This document shows positions 1 through 11,558 of a stretch of DNA of 64,000 nt, one piece after another. The position numbers and the translations under genes were made by a program. The notes below the pieces were generated by a model. That model saw only the letters and a list, made by a program, of their open reading frames with translations, did not search any database and had not been told where the DNA came from. The stretch comes from Takakia lepidozioides (lineage: Eukaryota; Plantae; Bryophyta), in contig CM060732.1 in assembly GCA_030704615.1 (NCBI GenBank), positions 29,388,001 to 29,452,000 of the forward strand, in the 5' to 3' direction. Numbering within the stretch: the first letter of the stretch is position 1; each line of letters starts with the position of its first letter.

Positions 1-29
1 CATCGGCTTAGGCATGAAAAAGTGGGCTC

Positions 30-671
30 AAAGAGTGTGCGTTGACGCACAGTATTTAAAGCTGCCAGGTAAGTGTACATTGACCCTCACAGACATGTCC
101 TATGTTGCCGAATTCCACAGAAATAGACAATGTAAAAGTGGGCTCAAACAGTGTGCGTTGACGCACACTGTTTCACTTGCCATGTAAATGATCATTGAAC
201 ATCTACTTGTGCCAGGTAAGTGTTCATTGTAAACTCCAAGATATGCGGCCGATTTTGGATGAAAAAAGTGAAAAGGTGAGTTCGAACAGTGTGACATGTA
301 CAGCTCAAACAGTGTGCGTTGACGCACACTGTTTGAACTGCCAGTGAGGGATTATTTCATCCTCAGAAACGTGCCCTAAATGCCGAATTTCAATCGGAAA
401 AAACACTTACATGTTCAGCTCAAACAGTGTGCGCCAACGCACACTGTTTGAGCTGCCACTGAAGGGTTCTGTCGTCCTGACATACATATCCTGGAAAACC
501 GATATCGAGACGGAAACAACAGTGAAATGTTCAGCTCAACTGTCTCTGATTGAGCTTGCAATTTGGGTTGTATTGAACCTGCTGTAGTGCCCAAGTTTGG
601 GCGTTTCGCACCTGAACAATCAACCAAATTGGTAGGCCCAAATAGTGTGCATTGCCGCACACTATTTGGGC
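30..671. repeat. Array of five palindromic hairpins in a degenerate ~115-220 bp tandem unit
   Basis: Stems read directly at 30-57, 146-173, 301-340, 416-455 (perfect 18-bp stem CAGCTCAAACAGTGTGCG-CCAA-CGCACACTGTTTGAGCTG) and 636-671. The loop core is CG-TTGA-CG in three copies. Confidence 0.9.
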
Positions 672-728
672 TTCCAGTTTGCGGTGCTTTCAGCTTGGTG
701 CAGATGTCCTGTGTGGGCTATATTTATA

Positions 729-1256
729 TCAGCAACGAAACACAAATGTGGGTCTTAAAGATTTCACCTTTTTCTTGGCTGCTCCAGAAGACTCCCCAAT
801 TGCCGGGGACCCTTTTTGCTTCGGGCTGCTCTCTGCGCCGAGCGTGTACGTGAGCCTCTCCCCCTTCCTCTTTCCCGCAGGCAGACTCCTCATGAGGCCA
901 CCTTCAACATCCTCTTCCATCTCGTCTGTCTCTCCCTCAGATGCGGTGTCCTCTTCATCTGTTCTTGGAACTATGGCGGGCTGCTGTTCTTCTGCTGATT
1001 CCTGCTCCTCCATCGCCACACTTTCCTCTACTCCCTCTTCTACCTCCTTTTCCTCTTCGTCCACTCTTTCCATCCTCATTCTATCTCTGGCTCTATTCCT
1101 GTTTCTAGAGCTCGTGAAGTATAGTGACTTCATTCTCTTCCTCCTCCATTGGAAACTAGGGCTCCCCACGATGCCTCTAGAGCTCTCCAGTTTGATGTTT
1201 GTAACAAGTGCTGCTATGGCATGTAACCAAAATCGAAATTGGACGTTGTCAACCAT
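729..1256 (-). CDS. Acidic low-complexity ORF of unknown function, possibly an exon of a transposon accessory gene
   Basis: 175-aa ORF with E/D-rich tract and KRK/KKKVK basic patches, divergent from the adjacent transposase; no recognisable domain. Confidence 0.3.
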   Translation of the reverse strand: MVDNVQFRFWLHAIAALVTNIKLESSRGIVGSPSFQWRRKRMKSLYFTSSRNRNRARDRMRMERVDEEEKEVEEGVEESVAMEEQESAEEQQPAIVPRTDEEDTASEGETDEMEEDVEGGLMRSLPAGKRKGERLTYTLGAESSPKQKGSPAIGESSGAAKKKVKSLRPTFVFRC

Positions 1257-2020
1257 ATTTGGATGCGGGTGTTGTTATTGTGTGCGAACGGAATTCATCC
1301 ATTCCGTCGTCTCCGTATTATCCAAGCAATAAAGCGCTAGAAAAAAAGTACATCCGTTGCATGCACTAGCGATATATGTCAGATGTATTGCGCCGCCTGC
1401 CAATACACCTTCTTGCTTTCTTTCAAATTCGGATGTGCCGTAGAAATCTAATGCTAGTTCATTTTCGAGCAGTTCTTGCAGATCCGCAATAATTGTTATG
1501 CTTCACATATGCATCCACGTGTGTTGTACTGCCTATCCTGTGGTTTGCATTTTACCGTTACCGTCGCCATGGGGTCATTCGGCATAAAGGGTTCTGTCGG
1601 ATACGACCATGTCTGCCACGCATTCGTGCGAGGTATCTTCTGCAGTGTCAGTGTTTGTGTTGTGCTCTTCTGGCACAACACAACCTCAAGACATTTGTGG
1701 TCTTCCTGTTTACTGCTCTCCAGGGTTGTTGCCGTCTTTTCATAATGGTTGGTTTCATGTCGTTTTCAGTGTTTGTTTTCATCCATAAACAGCACGGCTT
1801 CTTGTAGTATTTCAAAACAGTTTTTCTGGTTAGTGCCTCTTGGCGTTGCTGTTTCCGAAGTGAAGGTGCATCTCATCCCTACATCCTTTGCATGCATCAC
1901 CTGCAACCTTTGGATTGGAGCTACCCTTGTTGACCTCGGTTTGCTTGTCTTAATTCCCCTTTCGGTAATTGCGGGATATCAATTCGAGGATTCCGCAACT
2001 TTCGTTCAGTGAGGGAAAAC

Positions 2021-5000
2021 ATGTCGAGGGAGCGAGATACACTCGCTCGATTCCATTCCAATGCAGGTACTCTTCCACTGACTGCCACTGCAGACGACGA
2101 TGGGTTTGCAGTTGTTCATGAGGATGAGCTGGTTACAGTGTTCCCGCTGGAGTTGGGTTCTCTCCTTGTTCAAAAGGAGGTGTATGACGAGGATGGGAAT
2201 TTGGATTCTGGGCACTTGGAGAAACCATTGGTTGGCAAGTGTGGGAGGAAATGGAGAGTCCTTCCAGGCACATACCGTGTCCTTGGAAAAGAGAGAAGAC
2301 AATCAGAAGGATCGGTCGTTACCCCTGGCACTGCAGCATCGGTCGTGCAACAGAAGGGCACAGTTCCTGTGAAACAAGAGGTGAGCACATCCACTACCTT
2401 CGTGACTCTTTCAGACTCGTCCTCGGAGGATGTTTCTGAGATTCCTCCGCCAGTGCAGACTCCGTCATTGGATGATGACGAATTGCAAGAGATAACGAGT
2501 GTCATTCCAAAATTGAAAGCCCTCGCAGGTGTGCATGGGTGCAAGAGCGAGCTGCGTTTTGTTGATTGGGAGTCCCTTCCTGTGCAACGGGTTCAATACG
2601 TGCCAGCACAGTTTGATGGGGACATCCTATTTGAGCTCAACCCTCCCACCTCTTCCACTGGACTGGCTGGGCTTTTACAAGGCATGGACAAGAAACATGA
2701 CGGACATCCTTGGTGCAGGACAAAAACGTCAAACATCCATAACGACATTGGCTTGAAATTTCAGAGGTCGGTCTGCGTTGGGCATTGTAAGTGCCAGAAT
2801 ATTTCTTGCCCTCGCCTGAGAAACAGCGCTCAACCAAACGAAAGTGAGTGGGAAGGTGTGCCCCTGAATCCTTTCACCCCAGGGCTTGCCCCTCCCAGGA
2901 CCAATACTTTCGTGTGCAGGTTCTGCAAACTTTCCCCGTCCTGTGTTTCTGTGTGCCACGCTCGTATGTATAAGGTGGCACACCGATGCAAGACAATGAC
3001 TCGTGCCTGCATTCATATGGGTGCACACGAGCATCCTGTGTCCAAAGGAAGTTGTAGGGATAGCGTGGACATTGCTAGAAATCTGCTGAAGCAGGAGTTC
3101 CACAATGCCCCTTCTGCAACACCTTCTGCTATAGCGCTTGCAGCTAGCAAGGCATTCCTGGAGAAACACATACTGGGTGAAGGGGATGCGACACAACTTA
3201 TGCTGGATGCAGATTCGCTTAATGCAGTCATGGACCGTTTCTCCGTGTTGAGCTCTCCCAATATTTGAAACCAGGTGAATGCACTCAGAATGGGCACAGG
3301 CACTGCTGGATTCATGGACAACATTATGGACCTGAAGCGGAGGAGTCGCTATGAATTCATTCAAAACAGTGTCTTCCCTGGCCAGGGCTCGTCCAAGGTG
3401 TATTTGTTCAAGATGTCCGCTGTGGGCGAAGGCAGTGGTGTGAGCATTGTCCGCCGTATGCAACCAGGAGGAGATTTGGCTAAATGTTGGTTAATGTTTG
3501 ATCACTGCAAACGGGTGAAGGGTTGGACAACCATGGCGTGCCATGTGTATGATCCGGCGTACCAGCGTGTGCTCTCCATAGCAATTTGTGATATGCAGTC
3601 GGAGGACACTGAATCCCAAATGCTCATGTGGAATTCGTTCTTGGCCGTCATGCAGCGCAATGGAATACAAAACACAAATTTTGCGGGCTTCATGGCTGAT
3701 AGTGCACAGGCAAATTTCAATGCAGTGCGACGCGTGTTTGGTTCGGGGGATCCTAAGGTCCCAATGGAAAATAGGGAGCGCACATGCCTCTTCCATTGGA
3801 CTCAATCTCTGGCACGTCATACAAAGCGCTGCATTCGCCCTGACCTGCAGTTGGAGCACAGAAGGCTCTGTCTCAAGTACAAGAATGCCACCTCAATGGG
3901 AGAAGCTGAGAGCACTTACCAGGCAATCCGGGCTTGGTGGTTCTCCTCTGGTGCTGCAACAGGTACCCACGTAAAGGAGTTGGAGGACTTCAGGTACAGA
4001 CAGTGGGGAGCTTTCATGACGACGGTAAGCCTCTTCAATCCCAAAAACAGAAATTTTGCATCGTGCCTGTTCATTTGGGGTTCTTCGATTGTCAGAACCT
4101 CTACCATTTGTTTTCGTTCCTCACATATCCATGCAATGCCTCCTGCAGGACATGTCCTTGGAGGACTTGGCCGACATGCCATCCTGTAATTTGGCGGAGA
4201 CTGTTCACAACGCCTGGATGCAGCAGTCTACCAAAGCAGGTCGTGACTTGTATGTGGCCACTGCTGATGACATGGTGCGTGCACTTATACAACAAACCAG
4301 GTACCGCAATTTTCTGATGGGACGGGGTGGAGGCAAGGGCCCTGATACGACTTTGTTGATGCTAAGGGCTGCGAGTAGGTCCGGAGTCCCGTCGAAGATG
4401 GCCAGAGCTCTAAACAGATGCACTGAAGGGTCCGCTCTACAATCCAGGATCCCCCATTTGGAAGGCGAGGAAAGATTTGGATCATGCAAAAGGAAATTGA
4501 ACACTCTTCCAGGGTCAGATGGAGATTCCCATCGGCCAGACAGGGTCAATTTCTCTGTGCCAAAGGTGTCTCCACTGCAGACTGAGTCGTGTGCCCGCCC
4601 CTTCCCAGGTGGGTCCTCCTCCAGTGGAGCAGGTGCAGAACATATAAGCACAGCAGCGGGAATCCCATTGGAGGAGGCGGTGGCCATGGTGTAGGAATCC
4701 GATTGCATTGATAGTGAGTGGCATATAGAACGCACCCCACCAGGATCTAGAGTGGCTTGCATGGCAATTCGGACCCCCTCATTCAAGAAATGCAAATCAA
4801 AGATATGCAAAGGCTCCAGGGGGACTCCAGCTCCAACATTCACAGGGTTGTTCCGACCTTATCATAGTGGGGAGTCAAAGGACCACAAATTTTGGTTCTA
4901 CCCAGACGATATGGCACGATGCATGAAGGGAACAGTTCGTCCTTCGGTGGTAATGAAACCCCCTCCCCCCGCAATTTGGCCTGTGCAAATTGGGACGTCG

Positions 5001-5561
5001 CTGTCATCAACCGAGATAAGCATGCTGGAGGAGGGAGGGTTCTGTCTTGCACGGTCCCGGGTGGTGCCCTCATGCACTGTCGGCACAGATGTGCCACATG
5101 CTCTGGCAATGCCGCCACCCGGTGCCGACTCCCACCCAACAAAAAGAGATGGAAAAACAGTGCGCCGTTTCGCTTCGGGTGCAGATCACGAATGCAAGAT
5201 GGAATCTGCTAGAATTTTGCAGGCTCGGGTGTCTCGTATCACCGAAGTCCCTTCTCTGGGGTATGGACGGATTTACACAGTGCTGTCAATTGGGTCAGTT
5301 CTTCATGGCAAAGAATATCAGGTTACCGTCGGGAATTTCCCTTCGTGCACTTGTCCAGACTTTGTAACGATGCGTGAGGGCGCTCTCAGCATGAGAGGGA
5401 AGTGGGTCCCCTGCAAGCATCAATATTATATATACCTTGTGATTATGTGTTGCGACGGTAAGAGAGACCAATTCATCCACCAAGCCACACTAGGCTATGG
5501 AGAAGTGAACACCCTTCTACAGCGGGACACCTCGCGTGGAGCTCCGCCAACTTCTCTTTGA
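2021..5561 (+). pseudogene. Mutator-superfamily (MULE) DDE transposase with N-terminal GCM/WRKY-fold Zn domain and C-terminal SWIM finger; two nonsense codons
   Basis: GCM-like W..SNIHN..SVCVG..C..C..CxxC..C..GAHEHP; DDE core WLMFD, FMADSAQA, CLFHW, NLAETVHNAW; SWIM CTCPDF..CKH. A GT-AG intron at 4025-4148 joins the frames. In-frame stops TGA 3266-3268 and TAG 4692-4694. Confidence 0.85.
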
Positions 5562-5874
5562 ACACATACGAGCCATGCCCGCTTCCCATGCTGGTTTGCA
5601 GGTTGCCGTGTGAAGACTTTGCATTTCTGACAAACATATGGATTTCGTTTACGAAACCAGGGCAAATGCACATGCAATTCATTGTAAGCGTCTATCTGTG
5701 AATTGAAATAAACTGTGACAATCATTCTGAGCTCAAATCTGCCATGTTTTCATATTTTTGTTTTTGAGCGGGCATTGCACACATGGTGTGTGTTGGCCCC
5801 CTTTGTTTTGTCCACGGTAATAGGCCCTCTTCCTGCAATCCTCGCCTATAGGACCTTCTTCTCCAGCAGATTGG

Positions 5875-5990
5875 TGCCGCTCACGCTTCCCTGAAGCGTG
5901 AGCTCAGCTCACGCTTTCTAGCTTGGACGTGAGCTCAGCTCCCAGGCTCACGGGGCTGGGCTCACGCCGTAGCTACGCTCAGCTGAAGGG
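5875..5990. repeat. Probable right end of the GCM-MULE element: clustered GCTCACGC/GCGTGAGC motifs ending in GTAGCTAC
   Basis: Several GCTCAC/GTGAGC copies in both orientations just downstream of the transposase. The partner end was not found in the window. Confidence 0.45.
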
Positions 5991-5999
5991 ATGGTACTT

Positions 6000-7170
6000 G
6001 GGATGGAATTACCCTAAAGCAACCCAAATTAGAGAAGTCAAAAGGCAGTTGAAGAGGCAGGCGCACTTTTGTCTTGAGGCTATACAGACAGGAGGGTCAC
6101 CACGATTAAGGGACACTAAACTCCAGCACTAGCCACTAATCCACTAAACCAGAGGGATTAGACACTGATGGGAGACTGCGAGGAAGAGACAAAGAGAGAC
6201 CCAAATACGATGGTGGATAACGAGGGGTGAGAAAGAGGGGGGGAAGGGGTGCTTTGGACGTACGATATTAATATTTGGCTGCTGAAGCGATAGAGCACCG
6301 AGGGTGACAGGAAGGGGGGTGTGGCTTAAGATGAGACTATGGAGATGAATGAGGAGGGGTTTTTAGAATGAGGATGGAGGTGAGGATGAGAGAAAGTTAA
6401 TGAAACACCCAGGTGGTCCTGTATAAAAGAAGGTTAGGCCCGGCTTGAAGAGAAGGGGAATGATCGCCCCAGTGACAGGATGGTCTCGTTGCGTTGCGGC
6501 ATGGATCCGAGTCGGGGAAGGCGAGAAGACAGTTGCGCGCCTCTCCGCCATCTCCCCGGAGCTTCTACTTTTGTTTTTGTCGTACACAGAATGGGCTTCA
6601 ATTTTATTTTTTTTTATTTTTTTGGTTTAGTATGAGGCTGATTGTATTATATGTTGTGAATAATATGAGGGATAATCATGAGTGTGACAGCAGTAGTACG
6701 GGGGCAAGAAAAAAGACAGTGCTCTAAGATCTCAGCAGTGAGGGGAGAGCAGAAAAGGCAGGAGGGGACCCGGGACGAGATGTGTCTGGCCACAGGGATG
6801 ATCCTATCAACAATCTTCCACAAAAAAGCACTGATCCTGGCATAATGCTCTTTCCTCCAAACATTCACAAAACATCAGGGAGCCCAGGGGGCCATTTTTT
6901 GTTCCATACAGTACTTAGAGCGTTAGCGGGCAGACATGACAAGGTGTACCCAAGCTTTGATGTGTAGCCAAAGGAAGGGGGTACAAAAATCCATCCACGT
7001 CCATTTCCCAGGATCGAACTGCAAAGAAGAGATGAGGGAACATATGAACCATCTCAAATGAACAAGCCGCAGCCTGGAAGAAGAAAAATGTCCATCAATG
7101 AGGAGGGGGTTGATTTTCCCCGACATGAAATCAATGACTTTGATATCCTCCACTTCTTCTTTCTTGGACT
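6000..7170 (-). mobile_element. Degenerate L1-like LINE ORF2 3' fragment (zf-RVT)
   Basis: ORF 6647-6868 RISAFLWKIVDRIIPV..CLFC..EILEHCLFSCP matches the zinc-binding region C-terminal to the LINE RT. Boundaries approximate. Confidence 0.65.
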
Positions 7171-7304
7171 AAGGTGTTATTTGTCTTATGGTTGGCTCGG
7201 GGGTTTTAATTTTTCTTCCTATAGTTGTTTAAAATAAAATGGTCCGAGGGCCTCTCTCCTGGAGTCTGTCCCTGTTTTTTTTTGTCGGTTATAAATGACT
7301 TAAT

Positions 7305-7307
<3 letters not shown>

Positions 7308-7349
<42 letters not shown>
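7308..7349. repeat. (TA)n microsatellite
   Basis: About 21 TA units; shorter ones at ~36554-36573 and ~38238-38256. Confidence 0.95.
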
Positions 7350-7352
<3 letters not shown>

Positions 7353-8599
7353 TTAAAATAATTAAAAACTAACAACGATGCCACAAAAGATGTTGTGCAC
7401 AAGTAGGTTGTTGGCAATAATGCCTAGGTTGCTGTATGAATGAGGGATGAGTAGTGGAGATGCCGGTCATATGGCATTCCTAGGTGTACCAAATGACCAT
7501 AAAATCAAAAGTGAAAGCATATAAGAACAATTTTAAAGAATATAAGAATCTATTAAAGAGCAACAAGTGGGATGAAGACATAATTAACCCTCGATAAGTC
7601 ACTAGTAGTTGATTTAGTGGTAGTTTCTGGGTCGGTTCGCTGCCCGTCGTCCTCGAATTCGGGCTCGCCAGAATCCTGGAACAGGCAGCTTATCGAGCAG
7701 AATGGTGCTATCTGGGGCCTTCAATGCTGTTGAGGTCCGGGGTTGGCATTTTCTGCTGTTCTTTTTTGCCAAGTAATAATCTTAGATGAGGCCCTGGAGT
7801 TGAATGCGAGGGCCATCGATGGCCTCCACCTTTGACGAACCAAGGCTCTGTGACAAGCAATATATTGTTTGTTTACATTCATTTACTACTGGAAAACGAC
7901 GATAATTCAAGTATGGACTGAAAGGGGGTTAATTTTTCCCGCCTCTCAATTTAAGATAATAGGGTCTTCAATGGGCACGTGCGATGTGGCCGGTGGGCCC
8001 CGCGCACGGACGCCCGGCTCCCCAGCACCCCGCCCGCCACGCCCGCCGCGCGGCTAGTCCCCCGTCCATGAGTCCGCTGCCCTCCAGTCTGCTAGTCCGC
8101 TGCTAGCCAGTCTGCTGCCCAGCAGTCTGCCAGTCCGCCAGTTTGCCCGCCAGTCCGGTGCTGGCCAGTCCCTTGCCATCTAGTCCGCTGACGGCGCAGG
8201 ATCGCCACCGTCCATTCCCATAACCCATCCGAGCCCTCCATTTTTAGGGCTGCAAAAATGGCAATGATCTTGCCACCAAATCCCGGCCGCTCTCTTTTGA
8301 CGGCTGTTTGTTGTCCGATGTTGCGGTAGGCGTTTCCATGCACGCGACTGTTCCTCTTTTGCGCGCGATGTTCATGATGATGATGAAGCGTGTGCTTGAA
8401 CATGAGAGGACTGTCTCGGCACTACAGCCACCATCGTGCATATGCTTCCCACTATTTTTGCCTTCTTGTTGTGCTTTCAGGAACCTTCGTTTTATGGTTT
8501 GGTTCTATGTCATAAATATGGAAAATGCGGACCTCTATCGTCGATAACATCCTCTGCTTGTGATCCGTCATGATACGTTTAGCCCCTTCGTACTGCATC

Positions 8600-11558
8600 C
8601 CTCATGAGAGCCTTCACAAGTTTAGTTCGTTAAAGGAACCCATGGGTAACATGGGCGCAAAAATGGCGGAAGCGTATGCACATGGAGGTGTGTATTGCAG
8701 ATTTTGTATCGGACGATGGGACTGTTTATGTGACCAAGTATAGCGGCTTGCATCCGTCGTGCATAAGTTGTGGAAAAGGGTAGAGAATATGAAGAAACCC
8801 AGCTTTGTGATGGATCCACATGGTATTATATAAGGGATGGCAGCACAAAAAAGCAATTCGAGTCGTCATGGAACACCATCCAGTCCTAAGGTCCTCAAAC
8901 ATCCACATGCACCTGCTGAATGCAGATGTCTGAGCCACGACAGGATTAGGTGCAGAATCGGTACATTGCCGCATTTGCCAAGAGACGGACCAGGCTGAGA
9001 CAATTGCATCTGCAAATGCGCGTGGATGTTTGAGGTCCGTTGTGTCGCGAGTCTGTTCACAGTGGGTCTGCTGGCCCGTCAGTGCTCCGGATATTCCCCT
9101 TATCGCGTGCATAACACTCAGTTTGGAGGCGGTCTGCTGGAAGTCCGTCTGTTGGGATATCAGTCTGTCGCACTTGTGAATTTGTCAGTCTGTTGTGTCG
9201 GAAGTCTGTTGCACTAAGTCTGTTTGACTTCTTATTTTCCCTCTGGTCAGTCTTTTGGCTTGTTCTCCCGCCAGTCTGGCGAAACGTCCGTCTGCTGGAC
9301 AGTTCTCCTCTATGGATATCAGTCTGTTGGACTGTGCATGCATCAGTCTGTTGTGCCGCGAGTCTGTTCGCAATGGGTGTGTTCGACTTTCATGTTCTCC
9401 CCTTACTCTCTTTTGTCTTCATTCCACCCGCTTCTTTGCAAACTTGTCTGCTGAACTGGAGGTGTGCTCGACAATCGTTCCCCGATGGATATCAGTCTGT
9501 TCGTCTGGTACTTTGTCAGTCTGTTCTGCTGCCAGTTTCTTTTCAGTGTGTCCGCTGGCAGGGAAGTGCCTCCAATATGAAGCCGTTTTGCCTCAGCAAA
9601 GCAAATAGTCCGCTGGACTGGCGGTCCGGTGAACTCTCGGCCCGATGGGAAATGAGTCTGCTGCACATGCAAGGACCGCGGATGAATTTAGTACGATGCG
9701 TTTGTTCGGTGGACGTTTTCAATGCGATGACGGCGGATAGTTAGCGCCTGTGAAATCGCACCACGTTGGCAGTGCCATGCCCGCTTTCCCCCTTCTACTT
9801 CTACTTTCTTCTCATGTTCCCTGTGCGATCGACTCCATTCTCTTCGCACCTGTTTCTTCGCACTGTTTTGTTTTCCTCTTTGCGTTTCTATCATCGTAAC
9901 GAAAGACGGCCGTTCTTCCCCAAGTGTGGAGAGTCGCGGTGAGCCGCGAAGCGTCGCAAACACGCTCGCCTTTGTAACACTTATGTGAAGAGGTTATCAA
10001 GGACAAAATCCAACTAAATCAGCATTGTGTTGACACGGGTTGCAAGGAGACTGTTGCAATGATTCCACGGGATTTCAAGCCTTGGCCGATACTGAAAGAA
10101 ATGTCGATTGTCAAAGAGGCCACAATGTGCTTGCGCGGATCAGTGCTTGACCCCCGCACTTTGGAATTAGACAAAGTGCGCGCACGGTATGGCGTCCATT
10201 CTAGTGGCCCGTCAATGGAGGATTTGCAAGTGCAGGGAATGCCGGACGCTGCCAGAAAACGTAAACTGAGTGATGGGGCCCAAAAAAAGGAGAGGCAAAA
10301 AAATGAGAAGGCTGCAAGGTCTGCTCGTGAGGCAAGGGCAAAATCCACGCACTAGACTGAACCCCGTCGTGGGCGGCAGACCCACACCATCAGTACTGAT
10401 ATTGAGAGTGCCCACCAATTGGGGATCCGGACTTCTTCCCTTATTTCTACAGAGTTGCCCAGTCAGGTCTGCTACGCACATTCATCCGACAGGCGGAACA
10501 TAACTGGTTGAACAGCTTTGAAGATGAAGATGACGATGATGAAGTAGAGGAGGTAATGGTTAGTCTGACCGCCCAGTCTCTTCTCTGTGTTGTTTGAGTC
10601 CATCATCGGGGTCACGTTGCCTATTCAGTCTAGTCAGTCCGCTGCGTTCTCTCCTCAGTCCGCTGGCTCACTCCGCTCGTCAGTTAGTCTGTTTTATATC
10701 GCTGCATTACTTACTGAGTCCATTTGTCAGTCCGCTGGTACAGTCTACTAGTTGCCTCCACCCTACGTACGCACGCTACGTCTGTCAGTCTACTGGTCTG
10801 TGAGTCCAGTCCGCTGCATGAGGTGAATATAGAGTCCACGTCCATGTTCCTGACGTCCAAGTTCTCTACCGTGTACCAGGATGAACGTGTTTCTATTCGT
10901 AGGGCCATTCAGGCTTGGCGGATACCTAGCAATGATGCTCCTTTACAAGCGCGCAGTGCGTGCGGAAGTGGACCGCGTGCAAGAGTACATATTATTGAAG
11001 TATCCTGGGTCATTTGCTGCTATAGCGGCATTACATATTCAAGACGCGTCGGGGGGGAATGCATCTGGGACAGCGGAGTCTGCCATCCAGCAGACTCCCA
11101 TTCAGCAGGCCGTCATCCAGCAGACTCCAACGGAGCAGACTCCCAACGAGCAGCTTGTCATCCTGCAGACTCCTGTCTAGGACCCCATCATGCAGCCCAT
11201 GCCAATGGGAAGTCTTGTCATCCAACAGACTGCGGACCAGCAGACTGACCAGCAGACTGCCTTTCTCTCAGATAGCACGGCGTTTTTTGCAGTTTGGCGA
11301 TCGCCATCACCGGTCATTCGACCCGGAGCTGAAGACCTCACACTTCCCCGGCTTAGGGTGGGAGAAATTAATCCCCATTTGGATTGGCATAATGAGCTCC
11401 ACCGGATTGTTGTGGACCGCCGGTGGTCTTTTGTACCCTTTCATTATTCCATGGAGTTTTCTATTGAGGAAGCCAACCATGTTCTGGAAGCCGCCTCTGC
11501 TGTTGCCATTGAAGCGCAGGTGCAGACACCCTCTTGCTGGTTCTCCGCAAAACCCTAG
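8600..11558 (+). pseudogene. Putative second (accessory) gene of the MULE, convergent with the transposase
   Basis: Protein-like segments (HCRICQE ~8960-8985; ORFs 10059-10355, 10881-11180 and 11190-11558 with QQTP repeats) separated by motif-rich intron-like tracts. Its stop overlaps the transposase stop at 11555-11558. Exon structure unresolved. Confidence 0.4.

Noticed and set aside
30-671. CRISPR array (palindromic repeats with spacers)
   Set aside because: Spacers are long, uneven and related to each other (shared GCCAGGTAAGTGT, TGCCGAATT); there are no cas genes and the context is eukaryotic.
652-1332. 226-aa Ser-rich plus-strand ORF
   Set aside because: Antisense shadow of the purine-rich acidic ORF on the minus strand.
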